Assembly: GCA_963769425.1 (NCBI GenBank)
Contig: CAVYLP010000001.1
Coordinates: 320,001-384,000, forward strand
Reading direction: 5' to 3'
Source: Candidatus Bathyarchaeota archaeon
GTDB taxonomy: Archaea; Thermoproteota; Bathyarchaeia; TCS64
Length of the DNA stretch: 64,000 nt
Below are positions 1 through 9,902 of the stretch, in pieces. Position numbers and translations under genes: made by a program. Below the pieces are notes generated by a model. It was not told where the DNA came from and searched no databases. It worked only from the letters and a program-made list of their open reading frames with translations. Numbering within the stretch: position 1 is the first letter of the stretch; every line of letters begins with the position of its first letter.

Positions 1-678
1 GGTTTCGAGTTTAAGTTTGAGAATTTCAGAGAAGAAACACAGGCTCTACCATACATTCCACTAGAGAAGGAAATTCGATCAATTAATAGCGGGATTTGGT
101 CCGACCTATTCCTGTTTACTTCAATTGATCAAGGAGTCGGGTTTCAGATTAGCTGAGACTTTGACACTTAACACGTATCTGATATTGATTTTGAACGAAA
201 TGTAATTACTCTCAATTCACCTGCAAAGCATAGCAATCCTAGACAGTTCAGAATGTCATCAATGCTTAACGCAATGTGTTAAGGAGAACGATAGCAAGAA
301 AGGAGTTCAAGGAACGGATCTGGGATGCTAAGCCTAACTCCATCCGTTACACATTCATTGGTTAAACGTAGATACTTAGCTATTAAACTCGGAAATCCTT
401 GACTCTTGAAGTATCTCAATCAAGACCTTTAGACATTGGAAGGCAACTATGGAATATCACAGAACTAAGGACATTCTTTATACGTTAAGGAAATGCTTGG
501 ACACAAATTCAATCAAGAATACCCTAATTTATACGCATCTTGTGGGACTTCGGAAGAAGAAAATTCATACACCATTAAAGTAGCCTCAACCATCGACGAA
601 TTCACCCCGCTTCTCGAATCAGGCTTCGAGTACGTGTCCGACTTCGAGGGGAAGAAGGTGCGGAGGAAGAGGAAGTAG
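1..678 (+). pseudogene. Tyrosine recombinase/integrase, decayed, 5' end outside the window
   Basis: Segments across frames read ESGFRLAE, DIDFERNVITLNSPAKHSNPRQF, KTFRHWKAT, YHRTKDIL, MLGH and a C-terminal KVASTIDEFTPLLESGFEYVSDFEGKKVRRKRK tail typical of archaeal integrases. Multiple frameshifts and stops. Confidence 0.85.
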
Positions 679-866
679 GTCTTCAGGTCTTGAAACAACG
701 ACAGAGTATCGACTAGATCTCCAAACCATTTTTGGGTTCAACTTTTACAAGTTTTATAAAATTTACAATTTTTAATTTGGTTTTACGGAATAAATAGTTT
801 ATAATATTTTTTAGAAGAAACCAATTTGAAATTAATTTATAGTCGATTAAGAGTAGTCTTCAATTA

Positions 867-2144
867 ATGGTTGAAATCATTCGGGAATCCAGTAATTTAG
901 AACCACTTCTAAAAGGTTTCATTGACGCTACAAATACTAAATATTTTGGCAATTCCTTGAACATCCTCTTCTTAAATGGTTCCATATTAGAAGTCTTTGA
1001 AAATAGTGGGATATGCTGCTTAATCAGCATGAGCGGAGCAGATAATAAAATTGAAGAAAGCATTGATTTGATCGAGGGTAAGTCGAAAACTGACGTAGTT
1101 CCATTTATTAAAGAAATTAGTAAAGTAATTCTTCCTCGCATAATCTTGGCCTACAAGCAAAGTGTCAGTTCTGTGGATAAGAATCAAGATGAATTACATA
1201 TTACGGCAGGTATTGTTGCATCGTTTATGACTACTATGCCGGAATTAGAGGCAAAGATAAAAGAAATGACGGGATTTTTCATTAATGGAGCCTTTCTGTT
1301 CTCAGATCTATTCGTAGTAGAAGCTTACAAAGGGTTTTCAGAAATTAAGAAATCTCATCTTCGCTCTGGCATTAGTACGGGTGCCTACGAAGAAATGATT
1401 CACCAACTGTCAAAACTTGCGATAATCGAACCCAAAATCAGGATCAGTGTTTGCCCCTATTGCATGAATAATGAATTAGTAGTTTCTAAGTATCCACAAG
1501 TCAATGATACATGTCCAAAATGCGGAAATAAATGGTCGAATAGCGTGTTATATCTATTCAATGAACAATTTGGGAAAGTTAAGTCAATAAATGCGGATCT
1601 CCCCCTATTTATTTCAAGTTATTTAAAGCACCAAACTGCAATACAATCTTTAGGCGAAGAATTAACTATATTTCCTAATGCTGTCATTAAACTTGAAGGA
1701 AAAAATGTAGAAGTTGATGTATATATTCCAAGATATAATATCGGTATAGAGTGTAAAAATTATTTATCCACTTCTATACCCGACACGCCAACACGGGCTA
1801 AAAGTATCGCTGGAGAGTTAAAACAACAAATACTAAATTATAAAGAAGTTGGGATAGAAAATATTTACATAATAGCCAATCTCTCAACGAAAACTCTTGA
1901 GAGAGTTAATGTTGAATTAATTGATTCATTTAAGAAAAAGAAACTAATTATGCCTAAAGTGACAATTATTCAAGGAGATCCAAACTCGGTGATAAAACTT
2001 CTAAATGAACTGAGTGCCTCAATTAGTATGGATTTTAAAAAGAATTTCGAGACGATGTTTCAAAATATCCCTGTCTTAGATACTACAGACAATATGAATA
2101 AAAAGGAAAAATCAAAGACCGAACAATCTAAAAAAATAGATTAA
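867..2144 (+). CDS. Zn-ribbon plus PD-(D/E)XK nuclease-like protein
   Basis: CPYC...CPKC followed by EVDVYIPRYNIGIECKN (D...ExK pattern). AT-rich. Confidence 0.6.
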   Translation: MVEIIRESSNLEPLLKGFIDATNTKYFGNSLNILFLNGSILEVFENSGICCLISMSGADNKIEESIDLIEGKSKTDVVPFIKEISKVILPRIILAYKQSVSSVDKNQDELHITAGIVASFMTTMPELEAKIKEMTGFFINGAFLFSDLFVVEAYKGFSEIKKSHLRSGISTGAYEEMIHQLSKLAIIEPKIRISVCPYCMNNELVVSKYPQVNDTCPKCGNKWSNSVLYLFNEQFGKVKSINADLPLFISSYLKHQTAIQSLGEELTIFPNAVIKLEGKNVEVDVYIPRYNIGIECKNYLSTSIPDTPTRAKSIAGELKQQILNYKEVGIENIYIIANLSTKTLERVNVELIDSFKKKKLIMPKVTIIQGDPNSVIKLLNELSASISMDFKKNFETMFQNIPVLDTTDNMNKKEKSKTEQSKKID

Positions 2145-2444
2145 ATTTCTATTAAATATTTTTGTGCATACTTGTCGGGTCTTGTCTATACTTTAACTTG
2201 TGAGCATCTCGATATCATTATAGCACATATCGAAATTTTTCGATATCACTTTGAGGTACCGAACAATATCAAATTATTTGATTTAATTTATGACACACAA
2301 CCAGACCCGGCAAGCGCAGGAACTGACCCCTCGCGGCGGGACTGGAAAATTGAGATGTCAAGATATTCCAATCTCAAGACCACGCGCAAGTTAAAGAGAT
2401 GTATTTTGAAAAAATATTAATATTTATCTGAACTAAACGAGTGT

Positions 2445-3545
2445 ATGGGTGTTAAAAAGCCTGTCCCCGAAGGAATAAATGAATACATTTTTAATCAAAT
2501 TAAAACTCATCAAAATATACCTCAGTCTTTTCATACTGAAGATATTATTCGAGGTAATTTGTTATGTAAGTTTTTATCATGCACAAGCATCGAAGAGAGA
2601 TTCAATTTAAGTTTTAGAATATTTAAGAAAGTTCTATCAAGACACGCTAAAAATCAACCATTCTACGAAGTTTTAAAATATGCAGGTAAGATTGAAAGCG
2701 GAATACAGATATTCAATCCAACTCTCAGGGACCATCTAACCCACTCAGTTTATGTTTATCTTTTAGGTTTATCCGTGCTCCCGCCACAATTTCATAATCG
2801 TTTTGATCTTCAAGAAGAGAATATTGGATTTCAGTGGAAACTAGCCTCGCTATTGCATGACGTGGGAAGTCCCCCTTCGTTACTTTGTTACTCAATGAAG
2901 AGCTATTTGGATAGACTTCAAAAAGACTCAACCTTCGATTTTTTTTATCCGAAAATTTCAATTCAGAATCTAGAAACTCTACATAAAAGACCTAGAAGTC
3001 CAAATAATTCCTTCACTCTTATTGAACGCAAACTGACAGAATGGGATATTGATTTTGATATACGAGAAGAATTTAAAAAAGGCCTAAAAAAAGGCGATAT
3101 TGATCATGGTATTTTAGGCGCACTCCTAGTTTTAAAAATAATTGATGACAAATACTGTCAAAATAACCCCAATCATTATGTTCACGAAAATGAGTTCATT
3201 GAAAATGAAAGAGAGAAAGAGGCTTGGAGTAGACATTTTTTTGATGATGATGTTGTTGCTGCCGCAACAGCCATCTCAGTTCATAATATAATCGATAGAA
3301 CGGATTCAATAATCAAATTCGAAAAAACTCCCATATTATATTTATTAATTCTTGCTGATACATTGCAGGAATGGGACAGATATTCCCCAAAAGCTAGAAT
3401 GTCTGATCCCTATGCGTTATCTATTCAATTCGAAGGTGAACAACTAAATGCAGATTTACACTTGAGCAATCGGAAAAAACAATCAATACAAATGACCCTT
3501 AAAAAATTATTAATTAACGATGGACCTGAGATTGTTGTCCGATAG
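2445..3545 (+). CDS. HD-domain phosphohydrolase
   Basis: RDHLTHS, LLHDVG, DHG, VHN and ADTLQEWDR metal-binding motifs. Confidence 0.75.
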   Translation: MGVKKPVPEGINEYIFNQIKTHQNIPQSFHTEDIIRGNLLCKFLSCTSIEERFNLSFRIFKKVLSRHAKNQPFYEVLKYAGKIESGIQIFNPTLRDHLTHSVYVYLLGLSVLPPQFHNRFDLQEENIGFQWKLASLLHDVGSPPSLLCYSMKSYLDRLQKDSTFDFFYPKISIQNLETLHKRPRSPNNSFTLIERKLTEWDIDFDIREEFKKGLKKGDIDHGILGALLVLKIIDDKYCQNNPNHYVHENEFIENEREKEAWSRHFFDDDVVAAATAISVHNIIDRTDSIIKFEKTPILYLLILADTLQEWDRYSPKARMSDPYALSIQFEGEQLNADLHLSNRKKQSIQMTLKKLLINDGPEIVVR

Positions 3546-3553
3546 ATTCCTTT

Positions 3554-3574
3554 TATACGCGTATGCGCGCGCGC
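3554..3574. repeat. 21-bp perfect alternating purine-pyrimidine tract TATACGCGTATGCGCGCGCGC (Z-DNA prone)
   Basis: Read directly in the 37-bp gap between two convergent AT-rich genes. Confidence 0.85.
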
Positions 3575-3582
3575 TTTGATAA

Positions 3583-6411
3583 TTAAGGCATATTTGTCAC
3601 ATGAGAATAAATTAATGAATATAACTGTTCTAATTCTGACTTTGATACATTAAGTTGTAATATTGACGCCATAAATATATCTAACTCAATTCTACTTTTT
3701 TCACTACTCTTAAGTTGTTCTAAAATGCATTTATTATTACAACTTCGAATATTATTGAAATACTCTCCAATTAGTTTTTTTGATTCTTCTCCAATTTTAT
3801 CAAAATCAGGAATATACATATTTTTTAAATCTAATTGTTTTATTTCTAGGTATCCTCTTGTTGATTGTTTAGTAAACATTAGAAATTGTATCAAATAATA
3901 AATCGAATTAAAATATAATGTCAATGCTTTAGAAGAAAATTCATCTCCTTTGTAGAGCATTAAGAGATTTAATGGACAATATTTATCTTCGGTATATACA
4001 GCCATAGAAAATAAATTATTAGATTTTAACCATAGTCTATTTTGTATGAATAACTTACCTTTATCAGTTATATTCAATTTTTCTTTAAGAACATAATCGT
4101 GTTTTCCTGTAATATCATATACATTTATGCCGACTAGAGTTCTTAGAGTTTTTTCAACTTCCCTTTTTGATATTATTGATGTAGTAGCCGCCTTTTTATT
4201 GTAATAAGTAAGATTATCTTTAGTATCATCAGTAGGTTTAAACGTTAATAGAAACTTAACATCTTTATCAGATATTCTATCTCTAGTAAAAACAGATCTA
4301 TCGACAACACCTTTAGGTCTTAACTGATGACCATCTCTAATTAAACCACCATCCATTTTTATAGTAAAATTACTTTTCTCTAATATTTTATAAATTTTTT
4401 CTGATTGATTTTTAAAATCTATTTCATTTGTAAAAACGTACTTCATTAAATTATCTACATTGTCAAATAATTCTTTCTGTAATACTTCATAGTAGAGATA
4501 TTCTTTTTTATTATTTGATTCATTTAATTCGCTTTTAATATTTCGTACTAAATTATCAATTTCAGTACTACTCCATTCTGTTAAATCTTCTTTTAAACAT
4601 ATTATTTTTACTTTATGATCACTATCAGGAATACCTTTTTTAGCTATAAATATAATATCTGTAAATTCAGAATCTTCACTAAACGGTTTTCCCACTAAAG
4701 ATTTAATGATGTATTCAATTGAATAAGAAGTTAGGTAAAATTTTCTAAGTTTCAAGGTATCTTTTCCATGTAAAAGACTTATTGGTATTATTGCTCCTAT
4801 TTTACCTCCTACTTTTAAGACCTTATCCGTTAATACTAAAAAATGACCCCAAAGATTAATACGTCTTCCGCAAATATTGCTTGTAGACTTTTTTATAAAC
4901 TCATCTTTATACATAGGTGGAAGTTGTCTAATACTCGTAAATGGTGGATTGACAACTACACAGTTTACTTTATTTAGTAGAAATGTTTTAGGCTCTGAAA
5001 TAATTTCAACTTTATGTGGCACAAAATCATAAAGAGTTTTTGCCGATAATCTAAGTCGACGAATTTCGTCACTGATATCTCCATACGATTCTTTTATTGA
5101 TATTGGGCTTTCTAAAGATTCGATACTCAAAGAGTTCATAACTGCTATTCTAATAAAATTCGTCGGAGCACGTATATTTTTTGCAGAGAGATTTAAACCG
5201 GATAAATGGCAAGCGAACGGCATAATATCCGTTCCCGTCAAATCATTTTCAATAAATTTTTTATGTAAAATATCTTTTTGGGTTGGACTAATATCTTTAA
5301 TATTTTGATAAAGTCTTATTTTTCGTTCATAGCTTGAAACAAGAAGTGTTCCAGAGCCACACGCTAAATCCCATACCGTATCATCATATTTATCTATAGT
5401 TAAAGATGCTAAAAGGTCAGCCGAAGCGGTTTTGGTGTAATACGAGGCCAAAATCTCTCTTGTTTCTTTAGGGAGTGCATTCCCTATCAGTCTGCCATAT
5501 ACATCATGTTTCATCTCAGAAAGCTTTAATGGAATTAAACATTCAATTAGTTTATTTATTTCTTGAGTGATATCAGCATTAGAGGGGATTCTAGACACTA
5601 CTTCAATATCATAGATTGGGCGATAATCTATGGCTCTTATTCTATCAAAATAATTATTTAATTCTCCAAGATATTTTATTTTTTCTATTTCTGGTACTTT
5701 TTTTATGCCTTTTACTGAACCTGATTGTTTTGAATAAAAAAAATAAAATAGTATTTGGTTTGTGAGTATATATGCGAGTAAATCAATTGTTTGATTTCTA
5801 ATTTTTGATTTTCCTATTTTTGGGTTAGTAAGGGTAATGAATAGACCATAGTCTTTAGTTAGATGGTTTTTTATTTCATCAAGTGATTTTTCATTTTTAT
5901 AATGTTTATTCAATAACTTCGATAATGCTTTAACACTTTGTTGAATTATTGAAGATGCTGTTTCAACTCTCACAGTTGCAACTATTTGCTGATCTATTTT
6001 ATTTTTTAAAGTTGAAAATATTTCTTCTACATTCATTTTTGATTCATAACTATGCCAATTTTCAGTTAAGATTACAGATTCTACATGTATATTTAACGCT
6101 CTTTCTTTAACTTCTTGTAAAATATCAATCTTATTACTAGTAAACGAGGGATAAGAAATAACAATCATATTTGGAGTATTATACTGAATAGAATAATTAT
6201 AGACTTGAATAATTCCATCAATTAAGGTTTTAGAATCATCTTTATGATCAATTTTGACTTCCAAAATATAACTATTTTTCTCATATTTTATCAATAAATC
6301 ATAATAATTCTTCTCATTTTTTAATTCTTGTGCAACGATAAAATCCATATCTTCAAGTAATTGTAATATTGGTGCATACAGACTTCTTTCAACAGGATGT
6401 AGCGAATCCAT
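3583..6411 (-). CDS. Type IIG-like fused restriction endonuclease/N6-adenine methyltransferase
   Basis: N-terminal YDLLI...LEVK nuclease motif, motif I DLACGSG, motif IV NPPF, long C-terminal TRD-like region. 942 aa, very AT-rich. Confidence 0.85.
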   Translation of the reverse strand: MDSLHPVERSLYAPILQLLEDMDFIVAQELKNEKNYYDLLIKYEKNSYILEVKIDHKDDSKTLIDGIIQVYNYSIQYNTPNMIVISYPSFTSNKIDILQEVKERALNIHVESVILTENWHSYESKMNVEEIFSTLKNKIDQQIVATVRVETASSIIQQSVKALSKLLNKHYKNEKSLDEIKNHLTKDYGLFITLTNPKIGKSKIRNQTIDLLAYILTNQILFYFFYSKQSGSVKGIKKVPEIEKIKYLGELNNYFDRIRAIDYRPIYDIEVVSRIPSNADITQEINKLIECLIPLKLSEMKHDVYGRLIGNALPKETREILASYYTKTASADLLASLTIDKYDDTVWDLACGSGTLLVSSYERKIRLYQNIKDISPTQKDILHKKFIENDLTGTDIMPFACHLSGLNLSAKNIRAPTNFIRIAVMNSLSIESLESPISIKESYGDISDEIRRLRLSAKTLYDFVPHKVEIISEPKTFLLNKVNCVVVNPPFTSIRQLPPMYKDEFIKKSTSNICGRRINLWGHFLVLTDKVLKVGGKIGAIIPISLLHGKDTLKLRKFYLTSYSIEYIIKSLVGKPFSEDSEFTDIIFIAKKGIPDSDHKVKIICLKEDLTEWSSTEIDNLVRNIKSELNESNNKKEYLYYEVLQKELFDNVDNLMKYVFTNEIDFKNQSEKIYKILEKSNFTIKMDGGLIRDGHQLRPKGVVDRSVFTRDRISDKDVKFLLTFKPTDDTKDNLTYYNKKAATTSIISKREVEKTLRTLVGINVYDITGKHDYVLKEKLNITDKGKLFIQNRLWLKSNNLFSMAVYTEDKYCPLNLLMLYKGDEFSSKALTLYFNSIYYLIQFLMFTKQSTRGYLEIKQLDLKNMYIPDFDKIGEESKKLIGEYFNNIRSCNNKCILEQLKSSEKSRIELDIFMASILQLNVSKSELEQLYSLIYSHVTNMP

Positions 6412-6911
6412 TACTTAACTACCCTTTTTTTATCTAGATATTCCTTTAAAGATTCATTGTATATTTGAGTGTCCGATTTATCATTATCTAATCCATATTG
6501 TTTGATTCTTTTCAATAGTGATTTAGGTAACCTAAAGGTAGTTTTTACTAATTCTTCTTCGGGCAATATTTGACATATTATCATTTAAGTATTAAAAGTA
6601 TGCCGTAAATATGGCATGGACTAACAAAAGATGGTATATCAAATTAGGGTAAACTAGTTCCATTATTTTGAAAAGAAGTTGATTTTACATATTGCTCTCG
6701 TCAAATTTGTAAAACTTGTAAAACCGAATCAAACTGATTTTGGAATAGGAGATCCGTGTACAGCCTTGCCCCTAAAAAGGGAAATAACGCATATATTTAG
6801 TAGCGTCGAAGGCATTCGACCATATCTGGATCCAGTCTCAGGGCGTGCTAGCACGGTTTTTTGTGTGGAAAATATTTTCTAGTCGATGGGAGAATTGGAC
6901 GACGACACAAC

Positions 6912-7808
6912 ATGGCTGGAAAGAAGGTTGGCAAAGACTCCGGTTACATCTTCGCGAACCCCATGGTGGAGCGGAAGAGGAAGACCGTGAAGCCGGGTCA
7001 GATACTCATCGACAACCACAAGTCGGGGGTCATCGTCGCCGATAACAAGGAGAGCCCCTGGTACAAGGCAACGTACTACGCGCACGGGAGCATCCTGCAG
7101 GACGAGGAGGGCAAGCTCATCCGGCAGGCGGCGTTCGTCGAGACGATCGACGCCGACGGCGACGTGACGTGGAGCATCCTCTGGGAGCCGAGCGATGGGA
7201 AGCCCACCTACCACTTCGTAGTCGGCACTGGGAAGTGGAAGGGCATAGCCGGCGAGGCGGTCATCACGGGCACGCAGAGCCGCGCCGACGAAGGCACGAT
7301 GCCGAACTACGAGATGAACTGGGAGATCGACGAGAAGAACGACCAGACGATACCGGCGTTCGATCCCAAGGGCCCATACACGAACAAGGCTTCGAGCCTG
7401 AGCTTCCACGGACCCCACGTCACCGAGTCGATAAGGGAACTATCCAACGGGCTGAAGCTCATCATTAACACGCAGATAGGTGTTCTACTGCCTGAGGACC
7501 CGGCGGTCCCTAGCCCACGCGGTTACGCGGCCAGCAACGACAACGGGGTGACCGTGTGGAAGGATGGGGAGAGGCTCGCCGACGTGATGCTGCTCGAGGA
7601 CTGCGACGCGGAGGGCGACATGTCGTGGCTCTGCCACGTCTGGTGGTACGCGAGGGGCCGCGGGCTATACAAGTTCGTCGGAGGCACCGGAAAGTGGGAG
7701 GGCATCAGGGGCGAGGGAACGACGCTCCCCGCGATTCTCAAGCCTCGAACCGACGACTACCACTTCCTCAGATCGGGGATACAGTGGAGAATAGACAACC
7801 CCAGCTAA
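6912..7808 (+). CDS. Hypothetical protein with tandem dirigent/allene-oxide-cyclase-like beta-barrels
   Basis: Two repeats, DADGD..W...VGTGKWKGIAGE and DAEGD..W...GGTGKWEGIRGE. GC-rich. ATG at 6912 chosen. Confidence 0.6.
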   Translation: MAGKKVGKDSGYIFANPMVERKRKTVKPGQILIDNHKSGVIVADNKESPWYKATYYAHGSILQDEEGKLIRQAAFVETIDADGDVTWSILWEPSDGKPTYHFVVGTGKWKGIAGEAVITGTQSRADEGTMPNYEMNWEIDEKNDQTIPAFDPKGPYTNKASSLSFHGPHVTESIRELSNGLKLIINTQIGVLLPEDPAVPSPRGYAASNDNGVTVWKDGERLADVMLLEDCDAEGDMSWLCHVWWYARGRGLYKFVGGTGKWEGIRGEGTTLPAILKPRTDDYHFLRSGIQWRIDNPS

Positions 7809-8069
7809 GAACCGGGATTGTTTAAGATACTAAGTCTTTTTCGCCTTCACGGGAACGAATTAACTGAAATATGAAAAATTTGAATTTAATACATGGAAGT
7901 TATCACTTTGCGCTTCTACTAATTACTAATTATAATATTTTTAGGCGTATTTTTCAAAAAGAAACTTAAATATTAGACTTTATTAGCTGGAGTAAGAAAA
8001 TGTCAAAGAAATCTATAATACATCTCATTTAAAATACGCTCGCTAGGAATTATCCTAATTAGTTTGGGG

Positions 8070-9761
8070 TCAACCGTCTGTTTCTTTTTCTAAATCCTTG
8101 AACGAAATCTTCCCAATCAATGTCTTTGGCAACTCGTCAAGAAATTCCAAGTCCCGAGGAGCTTCCCAGATCAATAAATTATTCCGCCCAAATTTTAGGA
8201 TGCTCTGTTTTGTTTCTTCTGTGGCCTTTGCTTTATTTTTCAAGACGACAAATGCCTTGACGCGAGAGATTTGTAGATCATCTGGTACTCCTATGACACA
8301 TACAGAGTCGACGTCGGGATGGCTCTGAAGTGTCTTCTCGACTTGCTCAGGATACACGTTTATCCCTGATACCTTTAACATTCGTTTCAATCTTGATTTG
8401 AAATAGAAGAACCCATCCGCATCCACGCATGCAAGATCACCAGTATGCAACCAAATTCGTCCATCTGAGTGCTTTCTAAGAGTTTTTGCATTCTCTTCTG
8501 ATTGATTCAAATAACCTAACATCACATTCGGCCCAGAGACACAGATTTCGCCAACAGTATCAACTGGCAACTCGTCTTCTGTACCGGGTTTCACAATTTT
8601 TGCCAACATATCAGGAAAAGGTATGCCCATACTGCCTTCGCGATATTTGTCCAATGGCATGGCCATTATTGCACTGACCGCCTCGGTTAATCCGTAACCT
8701 TCCAACAATTGGACATTGCCGCCACCAGCTCTTACGACGGCTTCAAATTTTTCTTTGGTGCTTCTTGGCAATGTGTCTGCACCAGAGAAGGTCGCCTCGA
8801 GGCATGATAAATCTGACTTTTGAAATCCGGGATTGTTAGCTAAGGTTTCAAAAAGTGTGGGTACTCCGACCAAAAAAGTGGGACGTTTCTTCTTGACCAA
8901 TTTGGCAACTTCCTTCGGTGTAAACGTTGGAATCAGAATACTCTTTCCGCCAGCCATGAACGCGGCATTTACACAGATTCCCAAACCAAAGCCATGAAAA
9001 ATTGGCAGAATTGCTAAAACAGACTGAGTATGATTTAGATTACCCCATGCGATGACTTGCATTCCTTCTGCAATTATGTTTAGATTCGAGAGTTGAACAG
9101 CTTTCGGCGTCCCCGTCGTCCCACCCGTATACAACATAATAGCACATTCATCCGATCCCATTCGCTGCATTTCCACCGGTGGATACGATTGCTTCATCAT
9201 ATCACTCATCCAGATGACTTGGGGGTCTGCGGGCACGGGAGGTATTTTTCTCCCCATTGTGACTTTGAAGCCAAATTTTGTGATTCCTTTGAGATAATCG
9301 GAAATCCGAGCGAGAATCAGTTTTTGCACGCTGGTTTTTGCCATTCCTTCTTTGAATGGTTTATAAAACACATCAAGGGTCATTAACCATTTACTATCAC
9401 TTATTTGTAGGAAATTTTCGATCTGATTCGACGGGCTTAAGGGGTGAATGACGGAGCAGACTCCTCCAAGTTTATTCACGGCATAAATCGGAATGATCCC
9501 TTGAGGAGCTGTTGGCATCCCAATCGTAATGATATCCCCCTTCTTGAAACCGAGAGAATTTAATGCAGCTGAAAATTGATCTATTTCTTTCAGAAGATTT
9601 TCATAAGTACAGGTGGTTCCCATAAAATCCCAGGCGATAGAGTCGGGATATTTGTCACAGGATTGTTTTAGGCGTTCATAAAGGGTTATTTGAGGATATT
9701 CAACGGAATGCGGCACACTTCCATAAAATTTTCGCCATGGGGGATTTGAAAAATCAGTCAT
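8070..9761 (-). CDS. Long-chain fatty acid-CoA ligase (AMP-binding family)
   Basis: YTGGTTGTPK, EGYGLTE, WLHTGD and LPKTLIGK motifs. Confidence 0.9.
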   Translation of the reverse strand: MTDFSNPPWRKFYGSVPHSVEYPQITLYERLKQSCDKYPDSIAWDFMGTTCTYENLLKEIDQFSAALNSLGFKKGDIITIGMPTAPQGIIPIYAVNKLGGVCSVIHPLSPSNQIENFLQISDSKWLMTLDVFYKPFKEGMAKTSVQKLILARISDYLKGITKFGFKVTMGRKIPPVPADPQVIWMSDMMKQSYPPVEMQRMGSDECAIMLYTGGTTGTPKAVQLSNLNIIAEGMQVIAWGNLNHTQSVLAILPIFHGFGLGICVNAAFMAGGKSILIPTFTPKEVAKLVKKKRPTFLVGVPTLFETLANNPGFQKSDLSCLEATFSGADTLPRSTKEKFEAVVRAGGGNVQLLEGYGLTEAVSAIMAMPLDKYREGSMGIPFPDMLAKIVKPGTEDELPVDTVGEICVSGPNVMLGYLNQSEENAKTLRKHSDGRIWLHTGDLACVDADGFFYFKSRLKRMLKVSGINVYPEQVEKTLQSHPDVDSVCVIGVPDDLQISRVKAFVVLKNKAKATEETKQSILKFGRNNLLIWEAPRDLEFLDELPKTLIGKISFKDLEKETDG

Positions 9762-9902
9762 AATTACTCTTCAGCTCATATGCTAAATAAGTGTAGTTAA
9801 GGAGAAGAAACATTCAGGAAGATAAAGTCGTTGTCTGGCGTGCGTATTAATTCGCTCATTAACGCCTCAAAAGAGATTGGCTCAATGAGCGGCGCTAAAT
9901 GG

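Noticed and set aside
2172-2420. 82-aa ORF between the defence genes
   Set aside because: No recognisable motif, and it spans a compositional junction.
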